Of a stretch of 64,000 bases of DNA, positions 63,464 to 64,000 are shown in pieces. The DNA comes from Hemiscyllium ocellatum (Eukaryota), in assembly GCF_020745735.1 (NCBI RefSeq), contig NC_083402.1, positions 124,764,213 through 124,828,212 on the forward strand, read 5' to 3'. The notes under the pieces are model-generated. The model saw only the letters and a program-made list of their open reading frames with translations. It was not told where the DNA came from and did not search any database. Both the position numbers and the translations under genes were made by a program. Every line of letters begins with the position of its first letter. Position 1 is the first letter of the stretch.

Positions 63464-63499
63464 AGTCGACATTTCGGGCAGGAGCCCTTCATCAGGAAT
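63464..63499 (-). ncRNA. Minimal hammerhead motif (family A) in a PLE repeat at about 63405-63502
   Basis: Reverse complement ATTC-CTGATGA-AGGGC-TCCT-GCCC-GAAA-T-GTC-GACT. Confidence 0.6.
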
Positions 63500-63502
63500 C
63501 AG

Positions 63503-63613
63503 ACGTGGGGAGAACATGCAAACACCATATAGACAGTCACCCGAGGGTGAGAACAAACCCGGGTCTCTACAGCTGTGAGGCAACAGTGCTAACCACTGAG
63601 TCACAATGCCACC
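63503..63613 (-). mobile_element. HE1-type SINE 5' half
   Basis: Reverse complement ggtggcattgtgactcagtggttagcactgttgcctcacagc... Confidence 0.85.
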
Positions 63614-64000
63614 CAAATGAGAGATAGAAAAAACAAGTAAGCAAGATAAAAACCCTCAGCAAAAGGATTTGTCAGGAAGTATGTTAAATTATTTGATTAA
63701 GTTGACTAAAGGAGTGGAATTTGGTGAGGCAGCAATGTGAATGTTAGTCTATGTGGTTTGAATCTGGCCAGCTGGAAAATAAACCCACAATTGTTTTAAA
63801 CATTTTAAAATAGCTTTTGGATTGGAAACAATGCCAACACACCCATGTATTAAGCCCTTATTGTGCCCATGAGGCAGGGATATAATCCTTTGTAAAATCA
63901 GTTTTTTTTTTGCACTTACTTCCTAACTGAAGTTTTTCAAATGTATCTCAAGATTCTCCATTCACATTAATGCTGCTGTAATTTGTAGATATCATGTATT

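Overview
Eukaryotic, AT-rich, repeat-dominated DNA with no recognisable host protein-coding gene (intergenic or deep intronic). The repeat complement (HE1-type V-SINEs, a Deu-domain SINE, CR1/L2/Tx1 LINEs, Penelope-like elements) points to a cartilaginous fish, probably a shark; this is an inference. Most ORFs in the track are transposon fragments or noise. Main signals: (1) a dense population of Penelope-like (PLE) elements and short derivatives carrying minimal hammerhead-ribozyme motifs of about four covarying sequence families, many as 115-230 bp monomers or palindromes flanked by 11-16 bp target-site duplications (TSDs), including a young GIY-YIG copy with an intact hammerhead at 39238-39273; (2) a decayed two-gene PIF/Harbinger transposon (DDE transposase plus convergent Myb/SANT gene) at about 25.3-28.5 kb; (3) nested and inverted LINE insertions, a SINE-derived 33-bp minisatellite and several local duplications, including an exact 36-bp templated insertion. 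Boundaries of old repeats were set by eye and are approximate (tens of bp); TSD and ribozyme coordinates were counted base by base.
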